From the NCBI GenBank assembly GCA_038321575.1, contig JBBQFD010000003.1, forward strand, positions 1 to 44,288: a stretch of 44,288 bases of DNA, read 5' to 3'. The notes under the pieces were generated by a model, which worked only from the letters and a program-made list of their open reading frames with translations, was not told the origin of the DNA and ran no database searches. The position numbers were made by a program, and so were the translations under genes. Below are positions 1 through 10,700 of the stretch, in pieces. Source of the stretch: Bacilli bacterium (lineage in GTDB: Bacteria; Bacillota_I; Bacilli_A; RF39; UBA660). Numbering within the stretch: position 1 is the stretch's first letter; each line of letters opens with the position of its first letter.

Positions 1-50
1 TAACATAGAATATAGATAGCTTATATGTTATACTATTACTAGGTGATAAT

Positions 51-1715
51 ATGTTAAAAATAGTTAGTAATCTTAACAAAAAAACTATAATTATTATGCT
101 CATAATAGTTGGCTTATTAATTATTTTAGATATCATTTTAATGATGAATTTAAATATAACTCACTATGAAAGCATGTATGTTTCAAGTAATGCAAGCCAA
201 ACAAAATTATATAACAAAGATGATGTAGCTGTAACAAATATTAATCGTGGTACTAAAGTGCAAGCTAATAATCTAATTAACAGTAAATATTATGCTATTA
301 AATATAATAATAAGACTTATTTTATTAATAAAAATAATTTAGTTAATAATATTAAAAAAATTGTTTTAGAAAAAACTATGTATGTTAGAACACCAGTTAC
401 GATAACACTGCCAACTGGTTTATCTTTAATTAAAAAGGGTGAAGCCGTTATAATTATATCTCATAACTATGTTGATAAAGATGGTGTGGTTAATCGTTAT
501 TTAGTTAGATATAATAATCTTGAAGGCTATGTTTGGGGTAAGTATTTAGTTACCACTAAAGAAGTATCTTTATTAAATTATGATCAAGAAGGTAATTACC
601 AAAAGCATCTTAAAAGAGGTAATACTCTAGGTGCTGGAAGTGCTGCTAACTTAGATTTTTATCCTGTTACTAAAATTGCTTTTGAAAACAATAAAATGCC
701 TAAGCAAGTTCGTAGTTTATATCTAAATGGTGGAGTACTAAATCGTATTGATGATTATATTGCGTTTGCTAAGACCGCTAATATTAATGCTTTTGTGGTT
801 GATATTAAAGATAGTGGATCACCAGCATATAAATCACCAGTAATGGAAAAATATAGTCCCACAAACTTTAAATATGCGATTAATTCATTTATAAAATATC
901 AAAATGCTATTAAAAAGCTTAAGGATAATGGCTTTTATGTTATCGGAAGAATTACTCTTTTTAAAGATTCGTTTTATATTAATGATCATCCCGAAAACGC
1001 GATCTTAGATACAGCTACTAATTCACCATTTAAACATAATGGTTCGTATTGGCCAAGTGCTTTTAAAAGAGATGTATGGCTATTTAATGTTGAACTTGCT
1101 AAAGAAGCAGTTAAAGAGATGGGCTTTAATGAAATTCAATTTGATTATGTGCGTTTCCCTGATCGTACTGGCCAACTCGAAAAAGATGGTAAAATGGATT
1201 TAAGAAATGACTTTAACGAAGAAAAAGCACAAGCAATTCAAGCGTTTGTTATGTATGCTGCAGATGAGTTACACCAAATAAATGCCTATATTTCTATTGA
1301 CGTCTTTGGTGAATCAGCGCATAATTATGTTACAGCTTATGGTCAATACTGGGGAGCAATTTCTAATGTAGTTGATGTTATAAGCCCAATGCCATATCCT
1401 GATCATTTCAGTGCTCACGAATATGGATTTGAAGAAGTAGTTTGGACGGTGCCTTATAAACTTATTAGTTTCTGGGCCACTAACTATGTTAATAAACGCC
1501 AATTAGAAATCCCAACCCCAGCCGTTGTCCGTAGTTGGATTCAAGCGTTTAATACTAATAAAATTCCTAAAGTTGAATATGGAAATCTTAATGTTAGCGA
1601 AGAATTAAAAGCGTTAACTGATGCTGGCTTAACAGGTGGCTTTATGCCATGGAGTGCCAGTTCTAATCTTGATAAATATATCTCGCTTGCAGAAGCATTT
1701 AAAGGAGTGAAGTAA
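51..1715 (+). CDS. Membrane-anchored putative glycoside hydrolase (DUF4015-like) with N-terminal SH3-like repeats
   Basis: N-terminal hydrophobic anchor. Catalytic-domain motifs NAFVVDIKD, GFNEIQFDYVRFPD, ISPMPYPDHF and RSWIQAF match the DUF4015 family as I recall it. SD AGGTGA upstream. Confidence 0.75.
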   Translation: MLKIVSNLNKKTIIIMLIIVGLLIILDIILMMNLNITHYESMYVSSNASQTKLYNKDDVAVTNINRGTKVQANNLINSKYYAIKYNNKTYFINKNNLVNNIKKIVLEKTMYVRTPVTITLPTGLSLIKKGEAVIIISHNYVDKDGVVNRYLVRYNNLEGYVWGKYLVTTKEVSLLNYDQEGNYQKHLKRGNTLGAGSAANLDFYPVTKIAFENNKMPKQVRSLYLNGGVLNRIDDYIAFAKTANINAFVVDIKDSGSPAYKSPVMEKYSPTNFKYAINSFIKYQNAIKKLKDNGFYVIGRITLFKDSFYINDHPENAILDTATNSPFKHNGSYWPSAFKRDVWLFNVELAKEAVKEMGFNEIQFDYVRFPDRTGQLEKDGKMDLRNDFNEEKAQAIQAFVMYAADELHQINAYISIDVFGESAHNYVTAYGQYWGAISNVVDVISPMPYPDHFSAHEYGFEEVVWTVPYKLISFWATNYVNKRQLEIPTPAVVRSWIQAFNTNKIPKVEYGNLNVSEELKALTDAGLTGGFMPWSASSNLDKYISLAEAFKGVK

Positions 1716-1716
1716 T

Positions 1717-1992
1717 ATGAAACACATGATTAATGGTAAAGAATATGAGTTAATTGAAGACTTTCAAAGTGGTTTTGATTTAACGGAAGTTGAGAGCAAA
1801 CTTACTGAGTATTTTGATGCCTATGACTATATCTTAGGTGATTGGTCATATGGTAAATTACGTTTAAAAGGATTTTGTGATAAAAGCAATACAATTCACA
1901 ATAATATTAATGATATTGAAACTAAAGACAAATATCTCTTAGATAATTGTTCATACCAATGCCATTACTTTGTTATTAAAAAAAGTGTATAG
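1717..1992 (+). CDS. yutD: YutD / DUF1027 family protein
   Basis: YDYILGDWSYGKLRLKGF and terminal CSYQCHYF motifs. Confidence 0.85.
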   Translation: MKHMINGKEYELIEDFQSGFDLTEVESKLTEYFDAYDYILGDWSYGKLRLKGFCDKSNTIHNNINDIETKDKYLLDNCSYQCHYFVIKKSV

Positions 1993-2002
1993 CACTTTTT
2001 TT
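1981..2002 (+). terminator. Intrinsic terminator overlapping the yutD stop codon
   Basis: AAAAGTG-TATAG-CACTTTT hairpin with a T7 tract. Confidence 0.65.
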
Positions 2003-2067
2003 ATTGGTAAAAACCTAGAAATTATTAATAATCAATGATATAATTGTTATATGATCGGAGGATAACT

Positions 2068-3181
2068 ATGGAGATATATGAAATACAAAATATCTATAAT
2101 GATTATCTAACGAGAATAACTGAATTATGGAGGTCACTTTGAACCAGAAATAAGACAGCAACGTATATCAGAATTAGAGTTACTAATGCAAGAACCTAAT
2201 TTTTGGAATGATCGTAATAAAAGTGAGGCTATTATTGATGAAATGAATAGCTTAAAAACCATTCTTATAGATGTCCAAGGATTAAAAGAAAAGATTGAAA
2301 CCAATTTAGAAATGCTTAGTAGTGTTAAAACTAATTATGATGCTGAATTAAAAGATTTAATTGAAATAGATATTCCTAAATTAGCTAACGAATTAGAAAA
2401 ATTAGAAGTAACTATTTTACTTAATGGTCAATATGACAAAAATAATGCTATTTTAGAAATTCATGCTGGAGCTGGCGGTACTGAAGCTTGTGATTGGGCA
2501 GCAATGCTTTATCGCATGTATAGTCGCTACTGTGAGGCTCATAATTATAAAGTTGAAGTAATTGATGAACAAGCCGGTGATGAAGCCGGGGTGAAGAGTT
2601 TAGTTATGATTATTAGGGGTACTAATGTCTACGGATATTTAAAGAATGAAAAAGGTGTTCATCGTTTAGTACGTATCTCACCATTTGATTCTAACTCTAG
2701 AAGACATACTTCATTTGCATCAGTTGATGTTAATCCTTTATTCGATAATAAAGAAATTAATATTGAAATAAAAGATAGTGATCTTAAAATAGATGTCTAT
2801 CGTAGTGGTGGTGCTGGTGGTCAAAGTGTTAATACCACTGATAGTGCCGTTCGTATCACCCATTTACCAACTAAGATTGTGGTAACATGTCAAAACGAAC
2901 GTAGTCAAATACAAAATAAAGATAAAGCTTTAGAAATATTAAAGAATAAATTATATCAATTAGAAATTGAAAAAAGAGATGCTGATATAAAAAGTTTTAA
3001 AGGTGATTTATCATCGATAAACTTTGGATCACAAATCAGAAGTTATGTAATGCATCCTTATTCACTAGTAAAAGACCATCGTACTAATACTGAAGTTACT
3101 AATGTTCAAAAGGTATTAGATGGTGATATTGATATATTTATTAATGCTAACTTAAAAGGAGGACCACATGAATTTATTTAA
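2068..3181 (+). CDS. prfB: Peptide chain release factor 2, translated through a programmed +1 frameshift at 2137-2142
   Basis: ATG 2068 (SD GGAGG) opens 24 codons ending CTT TGA. The +1 frame from 2141 (GAA CCA GAA...) is open and joins the 2186 ORF, which carries the SPF and GGQ motifs. Confidence 0.97.
2129..2143 (+). promoter_or_regulatory. prfB +1 frameshift cassette GGAGG-TCA-CTT-TGA-A
   Basis: Internal SD 3 nt upstream of the slippery CTT codon and an in-frame TGA, the canonical RF2 autoregulation layout. Confidence 0.95.
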
Positions 3182-4049
3182 AAAAAGAATTAACGAAGAG
3201 GGTATTTTAAGAGCCATTTATAAGAAAAATCGTTTATCAAGATATCCCCAATTTCTCTTTGGTGTCTTGTTAGTAGCTCTGGCTTTTAATATTTTCACTT
3301 TACCATTAAAAATTACTTATGGTGTAAGTGGTATTTCCGTTATTTTATTTAATCTGTTTCATATTGATCCATCAATCGTTATTCTGATTGGATCTGGATT
3401 ATTACTAATCGCGAGTTACTTCTTTTTAGGTAAAGAAAAAACTCGTAATACCATGATTGGATCAATATTATTCCCGATTTTTGTTAAATTAACAGTTGGG
3501 GTTCCAGCCATGTTAGCTATCAATATGAATGATACCTTATTAATGACAATATATGGTGCCGTTATAACTGGATTTGGTGCTGGCTTAATCTTTAAAGCTG
3601 GTTTTACAACCGGTGGTACTGACATCTTAAATCAAATTGTTGCAAAATACTTTAAGATGTCGATGGGTAGCGCAATGATCTTTACCGATGGCTTCATTGT
3701 GTTAGCTGGTGCGTTTATATTTGGCCCAACGGCAGCGATGTACTCACTCATTTCATTATATATAATTGGTGTTATGACGGATAAAGTTATCTTAGGTATA
3801 TCGCAATCAAAAGTATTTTATATTATTACTGACCATGAAACTGATGTTAAACGTTTTATTTTAGATTATTTAAGTCATGGTGTTACTATTTTAGAAGGTA
3901 GTGGTGGATTCACAGGTAATCGTCAAAAAGTTATTATGTGTATTATTCCAACAAAAGAATATTTTATTGCTAAAGAAGGAATCGAAAGTATCGATCCTGA
4001 TGCTTTCTTCGTTGTTGCAGATGCTTATGAAGTATCTGGCGGCGCATAA
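3168..4049 (+). CDS. YitT family membrane protein (DUF2179 C-terminal domain)
   Basis: Multiple TM segments; motifs TTGGTDI, HGVTILEGSGGFTG and IDPDAF. Confidence 0.9.
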   Translation: MNLFKKRINEEGILRAIYKKNRLSRYPQFLFGVLLVALAFNIFTLPLKITYGVSGISVILFNLFHIDPSIVILIGSGLLLIASYFFLGKEKTRNTMIGSILFPIFVKLTVGVPAMLAINMNDTLLMTIYGAVITGFGAGLIFKAGFTTGGTDILNQIVAKYFKMSMGSAMIFTDGFIVLAGAFIFGPTAAMYSLISLYIIGVMTDKVILGISQSKVFYIITDHETDVKRFILDYLSHGVTILEGSGGFTGNRQKVIMCIIPTKEYFIAKEGIESIDPDAFFVVADAYEVSGGA

Positions 4050-4075
4050 GAAGTACATTATAAAGGGGTGAGATT

Positions 4076-4771
4076 ATGGATTTAATTGTAATGAAAGATG
4101 TTCAAAAATTATATAAAAATGGTGTAACAGCTTTATATGATATTGATTTAACCATTGAAAAAGGTGAATTTGTTTTCATTATTGGATCAACTGGTTGTGG
4201 TAAATCAACACTTATTAAGATGCTATATCGTGAAGAAAAACCAACCAAGGGTGAGATTATTGTTGGTGGTATAAATGTCGCTAAATTAAGGAACAGCAAA
4301 GTTTATAAACTAAGAAGAAAAATAGGTGTTGTTTTTCAAGATTTTAAACTCTTGAATCACGCCACTGTTTATGAAAATGTTGCTTTTGCCCTTGATGTTT
4401 TAGGATTACCAAAAGATGAGATTCATGATAAAGTTATTAAAGTATTAAATCTTGTTGGTCTTAAAAATAAAGTAAAAAATTATCCTAATCAATTATCGGG
4501 TGGTGAACAACAAAGAGTTGCCATTGCTCGTGCGATTGTTAATGGACCTAAGTTATTGATTTGTGATGAACCAACTGGTAATTTAGATGAATCAACTAGT
4601 ATGGAAATTATGAATGTTTTAACAGAAGTCAATAAGTTAGGGACAACTATTATTATGGTTACTCATAATAATGATATTGTAAAAAGAATGAAAAAACGTG
4701 TTCTTTTAATGGATGCTGGTAGGATGTTACAAGACTTTAAGGAAGGAACGTATAAACATGAAAGCATATAG
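4076..4771 (+). CDS. ftsE: Cell division ATP-binding protein FtsE
   Basis: Walker [42 protein letters not shown]; followed by ftsX. Confidence 0.95.
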   Translation: MDLIVMKDVQKLYKNGVTALYDIDLTIEKGEFVFIIGSTGCGKSTLIKMLYREEKPTKGEIIVGGINVAKLRNSKVYKLRRKIGVVFQDFKLLNHATVYENVAFALDVLGLPKDEIHDKVIKVLNLVGLKNKVKNYPNQLSGGEQQRVAIARAIVNGPKLLICDEPTGNLDESTSMEIMNVLTEVNKLGTTIIMVTHNNDIVKRMKKRVLLMDAGRMLQDFKEGTYKHESI

Positions 4772-5657
4772 AATATTTTCTCGTAGCATTAGAGATGCTT
4801 TCGTTAGTGTTATTCGTAATCTATCCTTATCATTAGCATCCATATCATCAATCACTATTACATTAATTGTTGTTGCGATTTCAATAATTTTAACTTATAA
4901 TGTCGACAATTTTGCCAACTTAGTTGAAAAAGATGTTACCATTGTCACATTCTTAAAGGTTGATGTTTCCCAAGAACAAATTAAAGTTCTTGAAAAAGAA
5001 ATAAATGATCTTAATTATGTTGATAATTATATTTTTCAATCTAAGCAAGAAATAACCGAAGAAATGATGAAATCATCAGAAACATTTAAAAACATTATGC
5101 AAAGTTGGAAAGATGGCGAAAATCCATTACAAGATACATATTTAGTAAAAGTTACTAAATTAGATAAAATAGCTGAAGTTGCTGCCCGCCTTAAAAAGCT
5201 TGACGGTGTAGCTTTAGTTAAATATGGTGAAGGGATGATTGAACAATTAATCATTGTCTTTGATGTTGTTCGTCAAATATCAATTGGCATTGTTATTGCC
5301 TTAGTTATTGTTACTGCTTTTTTAATCTCGAATACTATTAAGATTGCGATCTTCTCCCGTAAAAAAGAAATCGAAATTATGCGTTTAGTTGGTGCATCCA
5401 ATATGAATATTCGTATTCCATTTATTATTGAAGGATTATTTTTAGGTATCCTTGGATCGATTATACCTATTGTAATTGCTACTTATGGCTATATAGCATT
5501 ATATGAAAATTTCAATGGTCAAATGTTCTCGCCATTCATGAAACTGGTTCAACCACAACCATTTATATATGTTGTCTCAGGTATATTAATGAGTATTGGT
5601 ATTCTAGTAGGTATGTTTGGTAGTTGGCGCGCTGTTCGTAAACACTTAAAAATATAG
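4758..5657 (+). CDS. ftsX: Cell division permease FtsX
   Basis: ISNTIKIAIFSRKKEIEIMRLVGA and PFIIEG motifs. Start moved to ATG 4758 (SD GGAAGGA). Confidence 0.95.
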   Translation: MKAYRIFSRSIRDAFVSVIRNLSLSLASISSITITLIVVAISIILTYNVDNFANLVEKDVTIVTFLKVDVSQEQIKVLEKEINDLNYVDNYIFQSKQEITEEMMKSSETFKNIMQSWKDGENPLQDTYLVKVTKLDKIAEVAARLKKLDGVALVKYGEGMIEQLIIVFDVVRQISIGIVIALVIVTAFLISNTIKIAIFSRKKEIEIMRLVGASNMNIRIPFIIEGLFLGILGSIIPIVIATYGYIALYENFNGQMFSPFMKLVQPQPFIYVVSGILMSIGILVGMFGSWRAVRKHLKI

Positions 5658-5679
5658 TAAGCTTCTGCTTACTTTTTTT
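5656..5679 (+). terminator. Intrinsic terminator after ftsX
   Basis: AGTAAGC-TTCT-GCTTACT plus T tract. Confidence 0.8.
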
Positions 5680-5759
5680 GTGAAATAAGGATATTGCATT
5701 TATTTTGATTCTATAATATAATATACTTGAGAAGTAGTATAGTGAAGGGAGAGATTTTC

Positions 5760-6017
5760 TTGGAAATCACATCTGTAAATGTTAGAAAAATCGAAAAAGA
5801 AGACTCAAGAATGAAAGGCATTGTATCAATTATTCTTGACGATTGTTTTGTTATTCGAGATATTAGAATTATTGACGGGAAAGATGGATTATTTGTCGCC
5901 ATGCCAAGCCGCAAAAAAGAGGATGGCACATATCGTGATATCGCGCATCCAATTAATAAAGAGGCACGCGAAATATTTGAAAAGACAATCCTCGAAGCTT
6001 ATAGTAAAGAAGAATAA
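5760..6017 (+). CDS. spoVG: SpoVG family RNA/DNA-binding protein
   Basis: GLFVAMPSRK and YRDIAHPIN motifs. Likely TTG start at 5760 after GAAGGGAG. Promoter TTGCAT(5694)-17-TATAAT(5717). Confidence 0.93.
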   Translation: MEITSVNVRKIEKEDSRMKGIVSIILDDCFVIRDIRIIDGKDGLFVAMPSRKKEDGTYRDIAHPINKEAREIFEKTILEAYSKEE

Positions 6018-6040
6018 AAAAACTCTTAGGAGTTTTTTTT
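6016..6040 (+). terminator. Intrinsic terminator after spoVG
   Basis: AAAAAACTC-TTAG-GAGTTTTTT. Confidence 0.75.
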
Positions 6041-6105
6041 GTACTCTTATTTCATTGCTTAGGAGCTAAAAAAATGATATACTTTTTATATTAGAGGGTG
6101 ATAAA

Positions 6106-6528
6106 ATGGAAAATAAAAAAATGACTAAAGCAGCCAAACGAAGACTTTTTTTACTTGGTATACCAGCCACCTTGTTTATTATCTATTTTATCTATACCGC
6201 CATTACATTAACTTATGATATTTTAGTGCTTCAACATCAAGAACATGAGCTAAAAGAGCAATTAGATCTTTTAAAAGCAAACGAAGAAGATTTGAAGATC
6301 GAATTAGTCAAGTTAAACAATCCTGAATATATAGCTCGTTATGCCAGAGAAAATTACTTATACTCTAAAGATGGCGAATATATTATTAAGATTGAAAAAA
6401 ATAAAATAATACCTAAGACTACATCAAGTATTGAAGATACAGAATATCAATATCTATTTATTGGAGCAAGCATTATCATCATAGTATTTATCGCTTACAA
6501 AATTAAAACAAAAAAAAAGACTAAATAG
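6106..6528 (+). CDS. divIC: Septum formation initiator DivIC/FtsB family
   Basis: TM helix, coiled coil, and LNNPEYIARYARENYLYSKDGE motif. Confidence 0.85.
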   Translation: MENKKMTKAAKRRLFLLGIPATLFIIYFIYTAITLTYDILVLQHQEHELKEQLDLLKANEEDLKIELVKLNNPEYIARYARENYLYSKDGEYIIKIEKNKIIPKTTSSIEDTEYQYLFIGASIIIIVFIAYKIKTKKKTK

Positions 6529-6537
6529 TCTTTTTTT
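6512..6537. terminator. Bidirectional terminator between convergent divIC and ponA
   Basis: A-tract-GACT-AAAT-AGTC-T-tract. Confidence 0.7.
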
Positions 6538-9409
6538 AATTATTAACAATAATCGTTCGGTCGATAGTTCCAACATAACTACCACGAGTTACCGTGTAAG
6601 TTTCCGTATAGGTACCAGGATTAGCAGTATTAATGGTATCAGTTGTTGGAGCAGCACCTTTTTTAAATGATCGAGTAATTACTACTGATGATGAATCGGT
6701 TATATCAACAGTATTTTCCATAACGGTTATATTTTGTTCTTCATAGGCAGCATTTTTATTTAAGATAATAGGTGCAACACCACCATTTAACGTAAGGGTT
6801 ATATTATTAACGACCAAACTAACACTAGCAGTTACTTCAGTACCAGAACTTTCACTAGCGGTAAAGACATTAAATGTTGATTTTACTACGTAAGTAACAC
6901 TACTTGAATCAGTTACAATATTATCATAACTAGTTGTTTTAGTAAAACCAAGAAGGGTTAATGAATTATCGTTATTTTTAATATATATATTATACCCTAG
7001 ATCACCAATATTATTACTATTATAAGCTATTCTAGCGTTATAAGCATTAGTACGATAACCTTCGTTTGTATATAAAGAATTAAAATAAGTATTTAAACTA
7101 GTTGGATCATACGCTTTTGGTAGTGCAATAGCATTCCAAGTAAGTTTAACATTATTACCAGTTACACTACTAGCTAAACCAGTAACGCTACTTAAGTTAT
7201 TAAAGCGATCAGAAACTTCTGTTGGTTCAGTTCCTTTTTTGAATAATTCAGTTATTAATAAATCACTTGGTGTGTTAGCACTTGGTAACATTGCGGGGTA
7301 AGTTTCTTTTTCAATTTGAACACTTACTACACCGGCTGGTTTAACAAATGCTGAGCCACTTTTAAATACTCCTTGGGCAATTTTTTTGAATAATTTAACG
7401 TGAGCTCCTGAGGTGGTAAGTGTTACATATTCAGAACTTATTTTTTCATACCCATACCAAAGTGATATTGAATAATCAGTTGAAGACCCATCAACCCATA
7501 GATCATTAATAGCACTTGCCGGCATTTTATAGGCTTTCATAATTTCATTTGAAAAGTTAGTTGTCCCTGTTTTAATACCAAATTTTCCACCATTCATGGT
7601 TGATGAACCCATTACATATTCAGCTGTTGTTTGTGATATATCATTAATCATATAAGCTGTTTCAGGGCTCATTACTGATGTTTTTTTAGTTTTATTATCG
7701 AAAACATCACCAGTTTCACGATAAACAATTTTTGTGAAACTATATGGTTTAACATAATATCCACCATTAGCAAACGCTGCATAAGCAGCAGACATAGTTA
7801 ATGGTGATTCACCATTATATCCACCAATGGCATGAGCTTCATGAATAACCCCGCCACTAATTTCAGGACTTAAACCTAAACTAGTTACAAAAGTTTTAAT
7901 TTGATTATTATTATTAGCTTTAAAAGCTTTTAAAGCGGGTATATTACGTGATCTAGATAATGCAAAGCGTAATGTTAAGAAACCCATAAACCTATCATCC
8001 CAGTTCTTAATATTGCCCCCACCGGTATAACCATAAGGTTCATCAATAAATGGTTCATAAGTAGATGCATTTTTAAATTCAATTAAAGGGCCGTAATCAT
8101 AAATTGGTTTAGCAGTTGAACCGATTTGTCGTTTTATCATCGTTGCCGTATTAAATCCTCTTTGAACACGATTACGACCAGCACCGATTGCTATGATAGC
8201 TCCAGTTTTAACATCAAGGATGGAAACACCAGCTGTAATTAATGGGTTTTCCCATTTATATGTTTTTCCTGTCATAATGTCATTAACATATTCTTGTTTA
8301 GCGCGATCCATTGTCGTATAAATTTGCATTGATACTAAATAAGGATCTTTTCCAGTTGTTTCAATTACATCTTCAATTACAGTATCAATGAAATCTTGAT
8401 AACTATTATTTGCAACGCTAGCTTTAGCTAATAAATCAGCAATTGCAATTGCATTAGCGGCTTTTCTTTCTGCTGTTGTTATATAGCCATGTAATTCCAT
8501 TAAGTATAAAACTTGACTACGTCGTTTAGTGGTTTCTTCTGGATATTTATATGGATCATAAGCGTTAGGCGCTTGGAATAAACCAGCAATCATAGCTGCT
8601 TCAGATAGATTAATATCTTTAGCACTCTTACCGAAATAAGTTTGACATGCTTGTTCAACCCCATATGCACCACTACCTAAATATGGTTGGTTAACATAGA
8701 ATTCAAGAATTTCTTTTTTCGTATATTTTCTTTCAATTTGGAACACTGATATATAAATATCAGTAAACTTACGTTTTATTCCTTCAAACCCACTAGCAAC
8801 AGATGAAGTATAACTGTTTTTTGATACTTGCATCGTTATAGTTGAAGCACCACCAGCATCTTTACCCAATAATTGTCCGAAGGTTGCTTTCACAAAACGA
8901 GGTAAATCAAACCCATTATGTTGAAAGAAACGTGAATCTTCAGTTGCTATAATTGAGTTAATTAATACTTCAGGCATTTGATCATAAGTTATTTTCTCTC
9001 TTTTTTCTAAACCTAATTTAGCATAGATATTGCCATCTTTATCATATAAGATTGATGACTCATTACGATTTAAATTAGCAGGATCGAATTTAGGAGATGT
9101 TCCCACTATATAAGCAATAAAAGCTCCAATTGCAATCAAGCCCATAATAATTAACATAAAAATAGCGGTTACAACTCTTTTTATAATTCTTTTTCTGCGG
9201 CTCTTAGTCATCTTATGCGTCATAAAATAATTAACCACTAAAGCAAGTACATCTAAAATACCTGTAAATAAGATTGCTCTTACAATTCCCACTTGAAAAT
9301 ATAAGATAACAAAAACTAATAAACTACCTAAAATAAGACCAGTTTTAAACTTATCTTTTAATACTATCTTTTTTATTTGTTTAATATAATGATTAATTTT
9401 TTTCTTCAT
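6536..9409 (-). CDS. ponA: Class A penicillin-binding protein (PBP1A) with C-terminal beta-rich (FN3/Ig-like) domains
   Basis: Transglycosylase motifs EDSRFFQHNG and GASTITMQ; transpeptidase motifs STAK, SRN and KTGT; lies downstream of recU. Confidence 0.93.
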   Translation of the reverse strand: MKKKINHYIKQIKKIVLKDKFKTGLILGSLLVFVILYFQVGIVRAILFTGILDVLALVVNYFMTHKMTKSRRKRIIKRVVTAIFMLIIMGLIAIGAFIAYIVGTSPKFDPANLNRNESSILYDKDGNIYAKLGLEKREKITYDQMPEVLINSIIATEDSRFFQHNGFDLPRFVKATFGQLLGKDAGGASTITMQVSKNSYTSSVASGFEGIKRKFTDIYISVFQIERKYTKKEILEFYVNQPYLGSGAYGVEQACQTYFGKSAKDINLSEAAMIAGLFQAPNAYDPYKYPEETTKRRSQVLYLMELHGYITTAERKAANAIAIADLLAKASVANNSYQDFIDTVIEDVIETTGKDPYLVSMQIYTTMDRAKQEYVNDIMTGKTYKWENPLITAGVSILDVKTGAIIAIGAGRNRVQRGFNTATMIKRQIGSTAKPIYDYGPLIEFKNASTYEPFIDEPYGYTGGGNIKNWDDRFMGFLTLRFALSRSRNIPALKAFKANNNNQIKTFVTSLGLSPEISGGVIHEAHAIGGYNGESPLTMSAAYAAFANGGYYVKPYSFTKIVYRETGDVFDNKTKKTSVMSPETAYMINDISQTTAEYVMGSSTMNGGKFGIKTGTTNFSNEIMKAYKMPASAINDLWVDGSSTDYSISLWYGYEKISSEYVTLTTSGAHVKLFKKIAQGVFKSGSAFVKPAGVVSVQIEKETYPAMLPSANTPSDLLITELFKKGTEPTEVSDRFNNLSSVTGLASSVTGNNVKLTWNAIALPKAYDPTSLNTYFNSLYTNEGYRTNAYNARIAYNSNNIGDLGYNIYIKNNDNSLTLLGFTKTTSYDNIVTDSSSVTYVVKSTFNVFTASESSGTEVTASVSLVVNNITLTLNGGVAPIILNKNAAYEEQNITVMENTVDITDSSSVVITRSFKKGAAPTTDTINTANPGTYTETYTVTRGSYVGTIDRTIIVNN

Positions 9410-9977
9410 AATTTTCTCCTTTTATATAATGCTTATCGATTATTTTAAGATAATCTAAGCGAGGATTTAAACCATCCTTGATTAAATGGCCATAATCTTT
9501 AAAGTATTCTAATAAAATTGATTTACTATCGCTTTTAACTAGTTCCATTAACTTACTACCATCTAGATAATATGTCAAATTAAGGGTTGTAAAACGAACG
9601 ATAATAAAACTAATCCCCCCATGCATAATAATATTTTCAATATGTTTTAATTGATGAGCATGAATATTTGATAGTGGAAAACAAGTTTTATTTTTTGTTT
9701 CTTTAGCTTCAAAATCAATATAATAACCTTTATATATTCCATTATAATCAGTTGTTGAAGGGGTTTTAAAATAAGCTTCTTTTATACAAGCATCTTTATT
9801 ATTATCATATGTAACCTTAACAATAGTAATTGGTGTTGGCTTTTTATGGATGATGGCAAGATTATTAAACAAATAATATTCATTGCTAACATTGATGTCA
9901 TTTTCTAAAGTCATACCACGTTTACCATAACTTAAGGTTGGCTTAAATTCTTTTTTTATACCGGTTGGATATTTCAT
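9393..9977 (-). CDS. recU: Holliday junction resolvase RecU
   Basis: GKRGMTLE, HKKPTP and STTDYNGIYKGYYIDFEAKET motifs. Confidence 0.97.
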   Translation of the reverse strand: MKYPTGIKKEFKPTLSYGKRGMTLENDINVSNEYYLFNNLAIIHKKPTPITIVKVTYDNNKDACIKEAYFKTPSTTDYNGIYKGYYIDFEAKETKNKTCFPLSNIHAHQLKHIENIIMHGGISFIIVRFTTLNLTYYLDGSKLMELVKSDSKSILLEYFKDYGHLIKDGLNPRLDYLKIIDKHYIKGENYEEKN

Positions 9978-10043
9978 ACTATCACCTATATTATTATACT
10001 ATAAAAAAGGATCTTTTTCTATAAAAAAGGTATAATAACTTTT

Positions 10044-10072
10044 TTGACAATTTTTCAATAAAATGCTATAAT
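10044..10072 (+). promoter_or_regulatory. Sigma-A promoter of ysxC
   Basis: TTGACA(10044-49)-17 nt-TATAAT(10067-72) with TG extension. Confidence 0.8.
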
Positions 10073-10118
10073 AAGTTCGCTTTTGAAAAATTCTAAAAGC
10101 GTAGTAAGGTGATTTAAA

Positions 10119-10700
10119 TTGAAAATTAATACTGTTGAAATAACAATGAGTGCCGTTAGGCGTAGTCAATACCCAACGGATAACAAACCAGAATTCTTGC
10201 TTGTTGGCCGCTCAAATGTTGGGAAAAGTAGTTTTATAAATACGATTATTAATCGTAAAAATTATGCTCGAACATCATCTAATCCAGGCAAAACACAAAC
10301 AATTAACTTCTACCTAGTTAATAACAATTTTTACTTAGTAGATGCACCTGGATATGGTTTTGCGAATGTCAGTAAAAGTATGCAAAAGAAATTTGGTTTA
10401 ATGATGGAAGATTATTTAACTAATCGTCCCAATTTAAAACAAGTATTTATGCTAATTGATTTCAGACATAAACCAAGCACCGATGATATAATGATGTATG
10501 AATTTTTAAAACACTATAATATCCCAGTAACAATTGTTGCTACTAAATCAGATAAAGTACCAGAAACTCAAGCTCAAAAGCAACGTACGATGATCTTAGA
10601 GGATATGGAATTAGTAATGGGAAATGACTTTATTGTCTTCTCAAATGTTACTAAACTTGGTCGTGAAGAAATTCAACAAAAAATTGAAAGAATAATTTAG
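10119..10700 (+). CDS. ysxC: Ribosome biogenesis GTPase YsxC/EngB
   Basis: GRSNVGKSS, PGKTQ, DAPGYGFA and TKSDK motifs; TTG start. Confidence 0.96.
   Translation: MKINTVEITMSAVRRSQYPTDNKPEFLLVGRSNVGKSSFINTIINRKNYARTSSNPGKTQTINFYLVNNNFYLVDAPGYGFANVSKSMQKKFGLMMEDYLTNRPNLKQVFMLIDFRHKPSTDDIMMYEFLKHYNIPVTIVATKSDKVPETQAQKQRTMILEDMELVMGNDFIVFSNVTKLGREEIQQKIERII

Noticed and set aside
2068-2185. prfB as a frameshifted pseudogene or sequencing error
   Set aside because: The break coincides exactly with the known SD-CTT-TGA programmed frameshift, and the catalytic motifs are intact.
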